64,000 nucleotides of DNA from Candidatus Bathyarchaeota archaeon (GTDB lineage: Archaea; Thermoproteota; Bathyarchaeia; 40CM-2-53-6): positions 320,001 to 384,000 of the forward strand of contig CAVTBR010000003.1 of assembly GCA_963733055.1 (NCBI GenBank). Direction: 5' to 3'. The notes beneath the pieces were generated by a model. That model made no database searches and was not told where the DNA came from. It saw only the letters and a list, made by a program, of their open reading frames with translations. The translations under genes were made by a program, and so were the position numbers. The first letter of the stretch is position 1; each line of letters begins with the position of its first letter. Below are positions 51,521-62,235 of the stretch, piece by piece.

Positions 51521-52507
51521 ATGCGAATGGTGGATTCGAAGCCGAAAAAGTTTCACAGGATATTTTTTTCGACAGACATTCACGCGTCGGAAATCGTCTT
51601 TAGGAAGTTTCTGGGCACGGCGAAATTCTACAACGTTGATATTCTGGTGATGGGAGGCGACGTTACCGGAAAGACCGTAGTTCCACTCGTGTCCGACGCG
51701 ACTGGTAACTACCATTTCAATTTTCAGGGGCAGGAGTTCAATAAAATCCAGCCCAGCGAGCTCCCCGAGTACGAGAAGCGCATCATGAACTCAGGGCTCT
51801 ACCCTCATCGAAGTTCAGAGAGCGAGTACGATTCGCTTCGAGCGGAGGCTGGGAAAGTCTCCGCCCTTTTCGACCAGCTTATGATTGATCGGTTGAATAT
51901 GTGGAAGGAGCTCGCCGAGACAACTTTGGGCCCCTTGGGTGTGAAATGCTACTGGACGGGCGGTAATGATGATAAGCAGGAAATCCTTGACGCAGTCTCA
52001 TCATCAGAGCACTTCGTCAATGTGGACGGGAAGCGTGTGGTCCTTGAAAGCGGGCACGAGATGATCAGTCTCGGCTGGAGTACTCCTACCCCCTGGAAAA
52101 CACCTCGAGAATGCGATGAGGAGCAACTCGCATCAAAACTTCAGCCACTGGTAGAGAGCATCAAAAATCCTTCCACTTGCATATTCAACGTTCACGTTCC
52201 CCCGTACGATTCAGGATTGGATGTTGCGCCGAAGCTTGATGCTAACTTCGATCCCCCGAAGCCGGTGGTTGAGGGTGGACAGCAGGTGCTTGTGCCGGTT
52301 GGCAGCACAACGGTTCGTGGCATCATAGAGAAGACTCAGCCGCTGCTAATGCTCTGTGGGCATATTCATGAAGTAAAGGCGGATGTTAAGCTAAACCGGA
52401 CGATGTGCATCAACCCCGGCTCAGAGTATCCCGCCGGTATCCTGCGAGGGGTAATTGTCAACCTCACAAAAGATAAGGTCCTGAGTTACCAGTTCACGTC
52501 TGGCTGA
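51521..52507 (+). CDS. Calcineurin-like (Icc-related) metallophosphoesterase
   Basis: TDIH, GGDVTGK, GGNDD, HVPP, GHIHE, NPGSEY. Confidence 0.9.
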   Translation: MRMVDSKPKKFHRIFFSTDIHASEIVFRKFLGTAKFYNVDILVMGGDVTGKTVVPLVSDATGNYHFNFQGQEFNKIQPSELPEYEKRIMNSGLYPHRSSESEYDSLRAEAGKVSALFDQLMIDRLNMWKELAETTLGPLGVKCYWTGGNDDKQEILDAVSSSEHFVNVDGKRVVLESGHEMISLGWSTPTPWKTPRECDEEQLASKLQPLVESIKNPSTCIFNVHVPPYDSGLDVAPKLDANFDPPKPVVEGGQQVLVPVGSTTVRGIIEKTQPLLMLCGHIHEVKADVKLNRTMCINPGSEYPAGILRGVIVNLTKDKVLSYQFTSG

Positions 52508-52530
52508 AGGGAAAGAGAGAGGGGAACCCC

Positions 52531-54150
52531 CTACACAGGGGGTACTTCTTTGAAGGCCAGTTCCAAGTCGATGCCTCTTCGTTTCAGGTAGGCGCGTCTG
52601 ATGAAAAAGTAGACCACCCAAATGGCGAAGATGCTGAGCATTATTGTTTCTGAGAGTCGGCTCGGTGTCATTACCCCTAATCCTGGAACTGTGAGGTAGT
52701 AGTAGAGCATCCAAGCGCTAAATAGCGTTGCAATTATTCCGCAGATAGTGATTATTGGAATCCCCGCCAGCTTGTATTTAGCAACGGGTGAGCTGTCGTA
52801 CACGGATTTCCTCGTCCACGGAAAGATCGCGCCACCGAAGGCTGTTCCAATGTACATTATTGTCGCGACGGCTGTCACTGCAAGTGTGAGGGTTAGGTAT
52901 CCTGGAACAAAGTTGTAGACCGCGGAATAGATGACGCCGCCGAGAATGAAGAATAGTATGTGTGCGTTGACGGGGGTGTGTGTTCGGCTGTTAACGTTGC
53001 TGAGGAATTTCGGAAAGACACCGTCGATTGACATTGCAACCGTAACCCTAGTCCAGCCGACGATCACGTTCGCTACGACTTGAAACGCGTTTAGGAGAAT
53101 GCCGACAGTCATGAGGAATATCAGCAGAGGGTTATCGGTTAGGACTGCTGCAAGGTTGCTGAACCATGGTGGAATGGGCATGCTCACGGTACCCGTCGTG
53201 CTTCCGTACGCAGCGGCCGCCAACCAGCCTTGTCCGACAGTGCTGATGAATGCATAGGCTAGAATCATCATGAGCAACGTACTGAAGAGGCCACCACCGA
53301 GGTTGATGAGGAGCTGGTTCTTGAAGCTGGACGCGCCCTGAATCTCGCCCGCCTGTTCCTGCGTGTAACCTACCCACCCCAAACTAGTGAGGGCTATGGG
53401 AATGACGAAGATTGTCGAGGCCCATGACCAGCCCGAAACGGAGGTGAAACCATTCTGACTGGCTTGAGTGAGAACGTAGTGGTAGTAATCAGGAGTGCTG
53501 GGTGCCAGAACCGCCATGGCCCCGTTGAACCGAGCGATGAACACGGATGTTGGGGTCATGAGGAAGAACGCTATCATGACGACGTAGCTCAGAAGGAAGC
53601 CGTACCACATAACCCATTGGGCAAGCACGAATACCCTGAAGCCTCTGATGAGCATGGCAGCAGCCAATGCCGAACATAAGACCGTCGTAATCCAAATGCC
53701 CATCGGAGTTGTGAACCATATTCCCAGGTTCTGAATCGGTGTGCTATTAGTTGCCAATCCGATGCCTGTGAACATTGGAGCAAATCCGAGTATTGACGTA
53801 AGCCATCCACCCAGTGCTTCCCATTGGCAGAAGAAGACGGGGATCACTGTGGCAACGATCGCGAAACCAATGAATGGTTTCAGCGTACGGCTCTGGAAGA
53901 CATAGTCTCCTCCAGTGCGCGGCATTGCTGAAGCCAATCCAGAATATGCAACGGCCAGGAAGGCGGTGAAGATTCCGGTGATAAGTATTCCAAGTGGGAC
54001 GTTTGCATCAGGCCAGAAGGCTAACGTGAGTAAGTATACCCATGGAAAGATAACTCCGATGTTTAGGACATTGTAAGCAAAGGCTGAGTAAGGCGACATT
54101 ACTCTGACGAGGCCGGAAGATTTTCTCGCGAAAACTTCGGTCGTTTTCAT
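52531..54150 (-). CDS. APC-family amino acid permease
   Basis: FARKSSGLVR, AMPRTGGDYVFQSR, about 12 TM helices. Confidence 0.92.
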   Translation of the reverse strand: MKTTEVFARKSSGLVRVMSPYSAFAYNVLNIGVIFPWVYLLTLAFWPDANVPLGILITGIFTAFLAVAYSGLASAMPRTGGDYVFQSRTLKPFIGFAIVATVIPVFFCQWEALGGWLTSILGFAPMFTGIGLATNSTPIQNLGIWFTTPMGIWITTVLCSALAAAMLIRGFRVFVLAQWVMWYGFLLSYVVMIAFFLMTPTSVFIARFNGAMAVLAPSTPDYYHYVLTQASQNGFTSVSGWSWASTIFVIPIALTSLGWVGYTQEQAGEIQGASSFKNQLLINLGGGLFSTLLMMILAYAFISTVGQGWLAAAAYGSTTGTVSMPIPPWFSNLAAVLTDNPLLIFLMTVGILLNAFQVVANVIVGWTRVTVAMSIDGVFPKFLSNVNSRTHTPVNAHILFFILGGVIYSAVYNFVPGYLTLTLAVTAVATIMYIGTAFGGAIFPWTRKSVYDSSPVAKYKLAGIPIITICGIIATLFSAWMLYYYLTVPGLGVMTPSRLSETIMLSIFAIWVVYFFIRRAYLKRRGIDLELAFKEVPPV

Positions 54151-54371
54151 GAATATTCATACAACTCAATTTGTTTATTAGATTTGGCATTGCGTACGAA
54201 ACAGAATCGTTCACTACTGGCATCGAACTGTACTCTTTGTCGAGTGCGCTGCCGTAGTCCATACGGCTTAGCTATGGAGACCGACCTGGCAAGTTCTATC
54301 CGCCTGTCTCACGAGGCAAAGTCCCCTGAACTGTTGATATACGTGGAGCCATCTTCGAAGACTCGATTCGC

Positions 54372-54905
54372 TTGAAGCCACGTATTGCGATACACGTTGG
54401 CCTGGTGGGACTCATCATGCTTCTCACCCTGTCAGGTTCTAACGTCAGGGCGTCACTTTGCCCGACGATAAACGTCTCCACTACGTACCCTCACCAAGCG
54501 TCACCAGGACAACAAATTCTCCTTGTAACCACGGTAGCGGGGTCTTGTACGTCCAACGGTGAAAACTACTTTGCTTTAAGGGTGGATTTGACTGACAGTG
54601 CGTCAAAGTCGGTTGTTGCATCGAACAGTACTCCAATTGGATATAATGCAAACAATTTCTCGGTCAACGTGGAAAACGTAGCAACCGTTCCGGGGATTAA
54701 CGGGACGTGGTCGGTAGATGTTGATACTTACATGCTTCAAGCCGGGGGAGCGAATGGGAAGTACTTGGTAAACTCAACGACTTTTGCAATTCAGGTAGGG
54801 GATGCTCCACTACGAGAGTTTCAACTGAGCCAGGTGGTCATCCTGATGCTCGCGGTAAGCGTGATTCCGTTGACTTTGCTCCGAAGAACGCCGCGAAGAA
54901 AATGA
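54372..54905 (+). CDS. Secreted Ig-like protein with a degenerate PEF-like tail (paralog of 37633-38289)
   Basis: Signal peptide, SPGQ...TT...C...RVDL.D, LREF + TM + RR. Confidence 0.7.
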   Translation: MKPRIAIHVGLVGLIMLLTLSGSNVRASLCPTINVSTTYPHQASPGQQILLVTTVAGSCTSNGENYFALRVDLTDSASKSVVASNSTPIGYNANNFSVNVENVATVPGINGTWSVDVDTYMLQAGGANGKYLVNSTTFAIQVGDAPLREFQLSQVVILMLAVSVIPLTLLRRTPRRK

Positions 54906-54924
54906 GGAAGTACTGAAAAGACAA

Positions 54925-55587
54925 GTGATTGACTTGACGCGATTCATCGACCTTAGCCATCCCATCGAGGATGGGATGAATGCATACCCGGGTTTTCCTT
55001 CTCCTAAAATTGAGGCATTCATTAGCCGTGAGGACTCACGGTCTCGTTATGACGGTGAGGCTGAGTTCTACATCGGGAAAGTTGAGATGGTGGGCAATGT
55101 CGGAACTTATGTTGACTCGCCGTTTCATCGACATGTCAAAGGTCTCGACCTGAGCAAAATCCCGCTCGAAAGCATTGCAGGAGTACCGGGCATCGTGATC
55201 GAAGGGCAGCCGGCTGCCAATCGCTCCATCGCGATCAAATGTGACGAATCGGAATTACGCGACAAAGCCGTGCTCGTAAGGACAGGGTGGGATGAAAGGT
55301 GGGGAAGCGAAAGATATTGGGAACCCGGTCCGTTCATAAGCGATGAATCCATCCACCTCCTAGTACGCTCCAAGCCGAAACTGGTAGGAGTTGACTTCTG
55401 GAACATTGACGACGTTGAAAACAAAACTCGACCAGCACACACCAATCTGCTCAAAGAAAACATCATAATCGTAGAACACTTAGCAAACTTGTCGCAACTT
55501 CCAAGATCAGACTTCAAATTCTACGCAGTCCCTCCGCCCATCGTGAACGGCGCGTCATTTCCGGTGCGAGCGTACGCAGAGATTTGA
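54925..55587 (+). CDS. Cyclase family protein (kynurenine formamidase-like metal hydrolase)
   Basis: DLSHPI, GTYVDSPFH, VRTGW, VGVD, H..LL...IIVEHL, FPVRA. Confidence 0.88.
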   Translation: MIDLTRFIDLSHPIEDGMNAYPGFPSPKIEAFISREDSRSRYDGEAEFYIGKVEMVGNVGTYVDSPFHRHVKGLDLSKIPLESIAGVPGIVIEGQPAANRSIAIKCDESELRDKAVLVRTGWDERWGSERYWEPGPFISDESIHLLVRSKPKLVGVDFWNIDDVENKTRPAHTNLLKENIIIVEHLANLSQLPRSDFKFYAVPPPIVNGASFPVRAYAEI

Positions 55588-55603
55588 CAGTTACAATCGA
55601 GGA

Positions 55604-56614
55604 TTAAACGACGCTCAGTTCCTTCTGAGTCTTCGCAGCGAAGTCGATATCGTAGTGGCATTCGGCCCAGTGGTTGCTCTCCACCTCGACGAGAGGCGGT
55701 GGAGTGTTCGCGCATCTGTCGGTCGCATATGAGCAGCGGGTTCTGAATCTGCATCCGTTCGGTATGTTCACTGAGCTCGGTACGTCGCCCGGGAGTGGGA
55801 CTAGCTGTTTTCTCTTCTTTGGGTCAGGGAGTGGGACCGATGAGAGGAGTGCCTTCGTGTAGGGGTGCTTTGGGTTCTCGAAAAGCCTTGGAGTATCTGC
55901 GAATTCGACGATCCTTCCGAGGTACATGACAGCCGTTCTCGCACACATCTGTCGGATTACGGCTAGGTTGTGTGAGATGAAGATGTAAGTGAGGCCCATT
56001 TCACTCTGTATTTCTTTTAGCAGCTTTAGTATCTGAGCCTGCACTGAGACGTCAAGGGATGAGGTGGGTTCGTCTAAGACTATGAATGATGGTTTCACGG
56101 CCAGCGTGGTGGCGATTGCGATTCGCTGTCTTTGACCACCCGAGAATTCGTGCGGATATCTAGCCAAGTGGTCAGGGTTGAGGCCGACCATCTCTATGAG
56201 TTCTTCAGCGCGTTTGTTCGCGTCACGATTTGAGGAAACGGTTCGATGAATCCTCATGGGTTCAGTTAGGGCTGAACGGACGCTTTGTCTCGGATCCAGA
56301 GAAGCGTACGGATCCTGGAAGACCATCTGCATCTTACGCCGAACCAATCTGAGACTCTTCCCTCGTAAACGCGATATGTCTTCTCCGTCGAAGATTATCG
56401 ATCCTTTCGACGGATCGGTCAGTCGCATAATCGTTCTGCCTAGGGTTGTCTTCCCACACCCCGACTCTCCAACCAGGCCGAACGTTTCTCCCCGTTTCAC
56501 AGCCAAGGAGACGCCGTCAACCGCTCTTACAAAGCTCTTCGTACGACTAAGCATGCCAGCTCTAATAGGGAACCATTTGAACAGACCGTCTGTCTGTAGG
56601 AAGTAATCGTCCAA
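55604..56614 (-). CDS. Oligopeptide/dipeptide ABC transporter ATPase (OppF/DppF)
   Basis: GESGCGKTT, FSGGQRQR, DEPTSSLD, Cys-rich C-terminus. Confidence 0.95.
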   Translation of the reverse strand: MDDYFLQTDGLFKWFPIRAGMLSRTKSFVRAVDGVSLAVKRGETFGLVGESGCGKTTLGRTIMRLTDPSKGSIIFDGEDISRLRGKSLRLVRRKMQMVFQDPYASLDPRQSVRSALTEPMRIHRTVSSNRDANKRAEELIEMVGLNPDHLARYPHEFSGGQRQRIAIATTLAVKPSFIVLDEPTSSLDVSVQAQILKLLKEIQSEMGLTYIFISHNLAVIRQMCARTAVMYLGRIVEFADTPRLFENPKHPYTKALLSSVPLPDPKKRKQLVPLPGDVPSSVNIPNGCRFRTRCSYATDRCANTPPPLVEVESNHWAECHYDIDFAAKTQKELSVV

Positions 56615-57754
56615 CTAGCTCTCGTCTCCATACAGGAAACACGAGACGTAGTGACCTGGGCTTACCTCCAGTAAGGTCGGCTTCTTCAGTGGACATTTGT
56701 CGAACGCCTTCGGGCATCTCGGATGGAATCGGCAGCCGCTTGGTGGAGTGAGTAGGTTTGGCACGGAGCCCTGGATTGACTTCTGCTCATCGGCCGTAAG
56801 ATCCGCCCGAGGTACCGATGCCAAGAGGCCTTGTGTATAGGGGTGTAGTGGGTTGCTGAACAGTTCTTCAACATCTGCTACTTCGACGACGTTGCCGGCA
56901 TACATGACGGCTACTCTATCGCAGACCTCAGCGACTACGGCAAGGTCGTGGGTGATGAGGAGCACCGAAGTGTCTATCGTCTTCTTGAGTTGTTGTAGAA
57001 GCTGCAACGTTTGGGCTTGGACGGTCACGTCAAGTGCGGTGGTCATCTCGTCGGCGAGAAGAACCTTCGGTCGCCGCACGAGCGCCATCGCGATCATGGC
57101 CCTCTGCCTCATTCCACCCGATAATTCGAACGGATACAGTTTGAATGCTTTCTCAGGCTCTGGGAGCCTAACTGATTTCAGAATTGAGATAGCGTAAAGG
57201 CGAGCAAGCCTTTTGACATCATCCTTCCCCAACCGACCGACCGCAGCCGCGGCTCGCAGCTTATCCCGCTCGTCGTTCAATTCATGTGTGAGGCTGGCGG
57301 TGGATTCTGATTTTTCGAGTTCTTCAAGCCGGTTTCTGATAAGTTCTTGCAGAAATACCCCAGGTTTGCTAGCTATGATCTCCGTTATTTGGGAACCGAT
57401 CGTCAGCACGGGGTTAAGGTACGTCATGGGGTCTTGGAAGACCATCGCGATATCCTTCAGCCTAACTAAGCGTAGATCTTCCCGCTTCATCACGAGTAGA
57501 TTTGTTCCGTCAAGCAGGACCTCACCGCTGACTACCTCCGCGTTCGGGGGAAGTAACCCAACGATGGACAGACTGGTTACAGATTTGCCGCATCCGCTTT
57601 CGCCGACCAAACCAAGCAGCTCTTTTCTTCTTAGAGATAGTTCGACGCCATCAAGCGCCTTCACGTCCCCTGCGTAAGTGTGAAAGGTAACCTTCAGGTC
57701 TCGTACGGTGAGAACATCCTGCCTAGTCCCACCCTCGGACTTTTGTGTGGTCAT
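56615..57754 (-). CDS. Oligopeptide/dipeptide ABC transporter ATPase (OppD/DppD)
   Basis: GESGCGKS, LSGGMRQR, ADEMTTALD, GCRFHPRC. Confidence 0.95.
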   Translation of the reverse strand: MTTQKSEGGTRQDVLTVRDLKVTFHTYAGDVKALDGVELSLRRKELLGLVGESGCGKSVTSLSIVGLLPPNAEVVSGEVLLDGTNLLVMKREDLRLVRLKDIAMVFQDPMTYLNPVLTIGSQITEIIASKPGVFLQELIRNRLEELEKSESTASLTHELNDERDKLRAAAAVGRLGKDDVKRLARLYAISILKSVRLPEPEKAFKLYPFELSGGMRQRAMIAMALVRRPKVLLADEMTTALDVTVQAQTLQLLQQLKKTIDTSVLLITHDLAVVAEVCDRVAVMYAGNVVEVADVEELFSNPLHPYTQGLLASVPRADLTADEQKSIQGSVPNLLTPPSGCRFHPRCPKAFDKCPLKKPTLLEVSPGHYVSCFLYGDES

Positions 57755-58680
57755 CTTCTCAGCCTAGGGTCAAAGATGTCCCTTATCCCGTCGCCGAGCA
57801 GGTTGAAGCCGAGTGAGATTATCAGAATAGTCAGACCGGGGAAGAGTATGAGCCAAGGGGCCGTGAAGATGTATTGGATTCCTTGGTTGGCTAAGTTACC
57901 AAGCTCGGGAAGGAGGGGGCTTGGGGAAAGCCCGATGAACGTCAAAGCTGAAACCGTCAGTATGACAGAACCAATGTCGAGTGTAGCCTGAACCAGCACT
58001 GGATAAATTGAGTTCGGCACCACGTGCCTGAAGAGGATTCGGGGTGCACCGGCGCCCATCGCACGAAGTCGTTCCACGTACGGCTTCTCTTTTTCACTCA
58101 GGACCTGGGACCTCACCAACCTAACGTAGAACGGCCACCAGGTGATGAGCACAGCGAAGGTGAGCACCGGAAGTGACCTGCCAATTACAACGATCATTAC
58201 TATGGCTAGGAGGATGCCCGGGACGGCAAGAAAGACATCGGTTATTCTGAGAATCACTTCATCGATTGCACCACCGACGTATGCTGCAATGCTGCCGAAG
58301 AATACCCCAATCACAACCGCCGACAAGACAACAACTAACGCAATCTGCAGATCGATAGGGATCGCGAGAATTATCATCTTCGACAGGCTTCTCCCATACT
58401 GATCTGTCCCCAACGCGAAGACGGAACCCGAACAGTCGAACACGTTGCCGATATGCCAGTCGAACATCTTGTTGTTCCAGCATAGACGTAGGTTGAGGTT
58501 CTCTTGAAGCCAGGACGTTGGGTTCACGAGAAGTGGTGAAAGCAGCGCCAGCACGATGGATATTACGGAAATGAAAAATCCGGCGAGCACTATCGGATTC
58601 TTCTTGAGCAGGTAAAGGGAATACTTGATGTCTGCGCGACCAAACTGAACCTGCTCGTTTCGGCGCTGCTTTGTCTCCAT
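57751..58680 (-). CDS. Peptide ABC transporter permease (OppC/DppC)
   Basis: LGTDQYGR, EAA-like loop, GFNLLGDGIRDIFDPR; ATG at 58680. Confidence 0.93.
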   Translation of the reverse strand: METKQRRNEQVQFGRADIKYSLYLLKKNPIVLAGFFISVISIVLALLSPLLVNPTSWLQENLNLRLCWNNKMFDWHIGNVFDCSGSVFALGTDQYGRSLSKMIILAIPIDLQIALVVVLSAVVIGVFFGSIAAYVGGAIDEVILRITDVFLAVPGILLAIVMIVVIGRSLPVLTFAVLITWWPFYVRLVRSQVLSEKEKPYVERLRAMGAGAPRILFRHVVPNSIYPVLVQATLDIGSVILTVSALTFIGLSPSPLLPELGNLANQGIQYIFTAPWLILFPGLTILIISLGFNLLGDGIRDIFDPRLRR

Positions 58681-58691
58681 CTGGAAAAGCC

Positions 58692-59810
58692 TCAGTATCT
58701 TATCCTCGGGTCGATTATGGAGTAGAGAATGTCTACGACAAGATTGGTGACGACTATGATTACTGCCGTTACGAGTACGTACAGTTCGAGGAAGTTGATG
58801 TCGAGAACGTCGGCAGCGGCGAGTGAGGCGTTTCCGACGCCCGGCCATGAGAACACAATTTCCACTATGACTGCACCGCCCAGAAGATACGCCACGAGCA
58901 AGCCTGAGACCGTGACCGCTGGCAGTATAGCATTCCGGAGCGCGTGCCGGTAGACAACGACACTTTCTGTGAGCCCCTTAGATCTGGCTAGCAGAATGTA
59001 GTCCTGTTTGAGAACCTCGACCATGCTTGATCGAACGATTCTGGTCAGGGCCCCAATTGAAGTAATGGCGAGGGTTAATGCAGGTAGCGTCAGGGCGACC
59101 AACGAGTCCCAGAAGAAAGGTATATTGAACGATAAGAGCGTGTCTAACATCGGCAGGCCAGAATACGCGGTTATGTGCCCTGGATTTGCGAAACAGATGC
59201 CGCAAGCCGTGGCAAGCGCTCCGGTCGCAGAGAGAAGCCCATATCCGTTCACCCGGACATATAACACGAACAGGATCTGAAGCATCGCTCCGAACCAAAA
59301 CTGAGGAACTGAATATCCACCAAGTGACACTATCCTCGAAGCATGATCCGGCAGCTGATTGTTGTGGGTCGCTGAAACGATGCCGAGTGGAATTCCTATC
59401 ACGATTGTAAGTATCGCCGCCGCCATTGACAATTCGGCGGTGTAAGCGAAACGTGAAAAGAATACGTGCCAAGTTGTCGCAGTGCCAGTTATGCCAGGAA
59501 GTAGAGTGAATCCCCAGTTGCCTGTCAGCACGTTTGTCAACCAGCCATAATATTGGCCCCAAAGCGGTACAATGCATCCAGCAGCTTCCGATGCAAAAGC
59601 TTCGTATGATGGACATGAGGCTGTCGCGACACCTAGAGCGCGGGCGAGGGACAGCTTGCCTCCTGGCCCTATCCTAGGACTAATGTAGGGTGCAAGGGCC
59701 GTGGTCGGGGGTAAGAGGCCGCGTGTCAGGTAAAATATTAGAAGGCTGAGCGCAAACAGCACGAACACCATCAGGGCGAGGCGCCTGATGACGTATTCGT
59801 AAAGTTTCAA
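58692..59810 (-). CDS. Peptide ABC transporter permease (OppB/DppB)
   Basis: DYILLARSKGL, HALRNA, EIVFSWPG, DILYSIIDPRIRY. Confidence 0.93.
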   Translation of the reverse strand: MKLYEYVIRRLALMVFVLFALSLLIFYLTRGLLPPTTALAPYISPRIGPGGKLSLARALGVATASCPSYEAFASEAAGCIVPLWGQYYGWLTNVLTGNWGFTLLPGITGTATTWHVFFSRFAYTAELSMAAAILTIVIGIPLGIVSATHNNQLPDHASRIVSLGGYSVPQFWFGAMLQILFVLYVRVNGYGLLSATGALATACGICFANPGHITAYSGLPMLDTLLSFNIPFFWDSLVALTLPALTLAITSIGALTRIVRSSMVEVLKQDYILLARSKGLTESVVVYRHALRNAILPAVTVSGLLVAYLLGGAVIVEIVFSWPGVGNASLAAADVLDINFLELYVLVTAVIIVVTNLVVDILYSIIDPRIRY

Positions 59811-59947
59811 CCGTTACGATTCCGATTAATTTTTTCGCGCGAGCAATACGACCGTGCAGCCTATGGTTGAGATCTTCTCTCAAGAGCTATGGATTGCGGT
59901 TAAGTTGCGATCCCTTTGGCGCAGCCGGCCAGTGAATCGGTTTCTTT

Positions 59948-62068
59948 CTAGTAGAGGGCGGCGAAGTATTGTGGTTCCCCAGTGGTGTAGATTGCCGGGT
60001 TGAAGTAGAAGCCCTGTACATTTGATGTCATGACCATGTAGATCGAAGGGTAGAAGGTCCAGATGTCGGAAACCTGTTGGTTGCCCAGGGCGGTCATCGA
60101 GTTGATTCCTTGAATGAGGCCAGCCATATTCTGCTGAGCGTCTGCCTGTTGAGTTTGACTCCAGTACTGCCCCATCTCCTTGGTATTCCAGCCCCCGGGA
60201 GCCGTGTATATTCCCCCGGGTGACAGGATCGGTCCGAGGAAATCCAAAGCCCATGGGTAGTCATCGTACCAGCCAAAACATGCTTCAGCCCATGCATACA
60301 CTTGCCCTGAGAAGGCTTCGCTCGTCATTTGACCGCAGGGTAGCGGTGTGACTTGCATCGTCAGACCCATATTGTAGGTTACGCTCACATTGTTGACTGT
60401 TCCCGCAATCTGGTTAAGGATCGCTTCGTCCACCGTATCTCCTGTAGCATAGGTCAGCGGAATATTTTGCGGAACCGGACTATCACATCGACCGTTCGCA
60501 TTCAGAGTCGAACATCCGAATGTGTTATCGAAGGTTCCTGAAGGGGCGGCGGTTCCGTTGGCGAATGTGAATTGTGTTAACGGGTGCATCATCGCGTCGA
60601 GCAGCAGCGCTTGGACTTCAGCGGGGTTGTAACTGTATTTGGTCTGGAGCATTGCAGCCTCAGTTCCTGCCGGCGGAATTCCCGGCGGAAGAAGATTATT
60701 GGCCACTTTTCCCAGATTGTTGTTTACTTGCTGGTTGATCTGAGTTAGATTGACCGAGTCAGCAATCGCCAGTCTCATCCTCAGATCTGCGAAAGGCTGA
60801 AACTTGTAATACAACCCGGTAAACGGATTCGTGACGTTCGTGTCCAAGGGTATGAACAACGTCGCGTACTGCGTATATGGCCCATAAATGGTAACTCCGT
60901 CTATGGTGGATACAAGTTTGTTCTGGTTCAGCCAACTATTCCTGTCCGCGACATCGTAAATGTTGGTTGGTGTTACGTCGATCACCATGGCTTGACCGGC
61001 GGCAGCGGCGTTTCGCAGGTCAATTTCTCTCGTCGTCTGGTCGGGCACATACTTGTAGGTCACGGTTTGGATGTGCGCGTGGATATTGGAGTTCGGTCCG
61101 CCCCAATAGTTGGGGTTGGCCACCATCGTGATTACGTTCGCAGATGTGTCGACGCTTTGAATCGTGTATGGACCGGTTCCAGCGAGCGATCCGCCAGTCG
61201 AAGAATCGAGGTATGTTGCTGCGCATCCTTTCAGCGTCGCGCCCGCGTTGCATGTGGCTTGATAATCCATGAGGTATTGATTCATTTGATCGGTAACGTT
61301 TCCGCTTAGCGTGGGGTATGGCAGCGTGTATCCGTTGCTTGACTGACTCCAAAGCGCGATGTCATGTTGCATGACATAGTCTGGCGCTACCATGTTTGCC
61401 CAGAGGTTCGCCACGATATAGGGCAACGCGCCATTCGGATTCATTATGTTAAGCGTAACTGTCTGTGGTCCAGTTATCTGAACAAAATTCTCGGCCAAGA
61501 CTTTCTGGACGTACTGGCTACCGTAGGTTTGAGTGCAAGCGCAGAGTGTTGTACTGAGAGTTGGATCAAGAAGTTGCTGCATAATCCAAGACGCTTGTGT
61601 ACCGTGTCCTACTGGCGCGCTTCCATCCATCACGAGAAGCCGGTTGTAGCTGAAGTAAACGGCCGTCGAATTGAGCTGCTCCCCATCCGCGAAGCTAACA
61701 CCGTTTCGTAGCGTTGCAGTGAGCGTCTTACCATCTGGTGAAATGGAGTAGCTCTGAGCGAGCCATGGAATGACTTGCTGCCCGTTCGTACCGTTAAACC
61801 AGAGCAGCGGTTCATAGACATTCTGCTCAACTGACGCACCGTAAATGTCGTATGAAACTTGAGGATCCAGATATTGTATGGAGGATAAGGTTTCGTACGT
61901 GATCGATTGAACACCTGATGCGCCTGAAGTCCCTGAAGTCGTCAGCGTGGAGGTTGGAGTTCTGTTAGCCGTCAGGTAATAAGCGGCTACCCCGGCGACG
62001 ACTATGATAACGATAACGATAGCCCCTAACACAGCCTTGCTAACGGACCGAGTAGACGGAGTGGTCAA
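59948..62068 (-). CDS. Peptide ABC transporter substrate-binding protein (family 5)
   Basis: N-terminal TM anchor, LDPQVSYD, NVYEPL, PWLA, F.DG, GTGPY; probable TTG start at 62068. Confidence 0.9.
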   Translation of the reverse strand: MTTPSTRSVSKAVLGAIVIVIIVVAGVAAYYLTANRTPTSTLTTSGTSGASGVQSITYETLSSIQYLDPQVSYDIYGASVEQNVYEPLLWFNGTNGQQVIPWLAQSYSISPDGKTLTATLRNGVSFADGEQLNSTAVYFSYNRLLVMDGSAPVGHGTQASWIMQQLLDPTLSTTLCACTQTYGSQYVQKVLAENFVQITGPQTVTLNIMNPNGALPYIVANLWANMVAPDYVMQHDIALWSQSSNGYTLPYPTLSGNVTDQMNQYLMDYQATCNAGATLKGCAATYLDSSTGGSLAGTGPYTIQSVDTSANVITMVANPNYWGGPNSNIHAHIQTVTYKYVPDQTTREIDLRNAAAAGQAMVIDVTPTNIYDVADRNSWLNQNKLVSTIDGVTIYGPYTQYATLFIPLDTNVTNPFTGLYYKFQPFADLRMRLAIADSVNLTQINQQVNNNLGKVANNLLPPGIPPAGTEAAMLQTKYSYNPAEVQALLLDAMMHPLTQFTFANGTAAPSGTFDNTFGCSTLNANGRCDSPVPQNIPLTYATGDTVDEAILNQIAGTVNNVSVTYNMGLTMQVTPLPCGQMTSEAFSGQVYAWAEACFGWYDDYPWALDFLGPILSPGGIYTAPGGWNTKEMGQYWSQTQQADAQQNMAGLIQGINSMTALGNQQVSDIWTFYPSIYMVMTSNVQGFYFNPAIYTTGEPQYFAALY

Positions 62069-62235
62069 TCGAATCAGCCGTCGGGTAACGACCGGTTCGT
62101 AATTTAAGACTTTCCAGAGACGAACAGCTGACAAATCGGAGGTCTGGAGAGTTCGACCCAACACAGCGAATTCTAGCGATACTTATACCGGTATTAAATA
62201 GTGGCAACGCCTGCAACTTTTGCGGCAGAGAAGAG

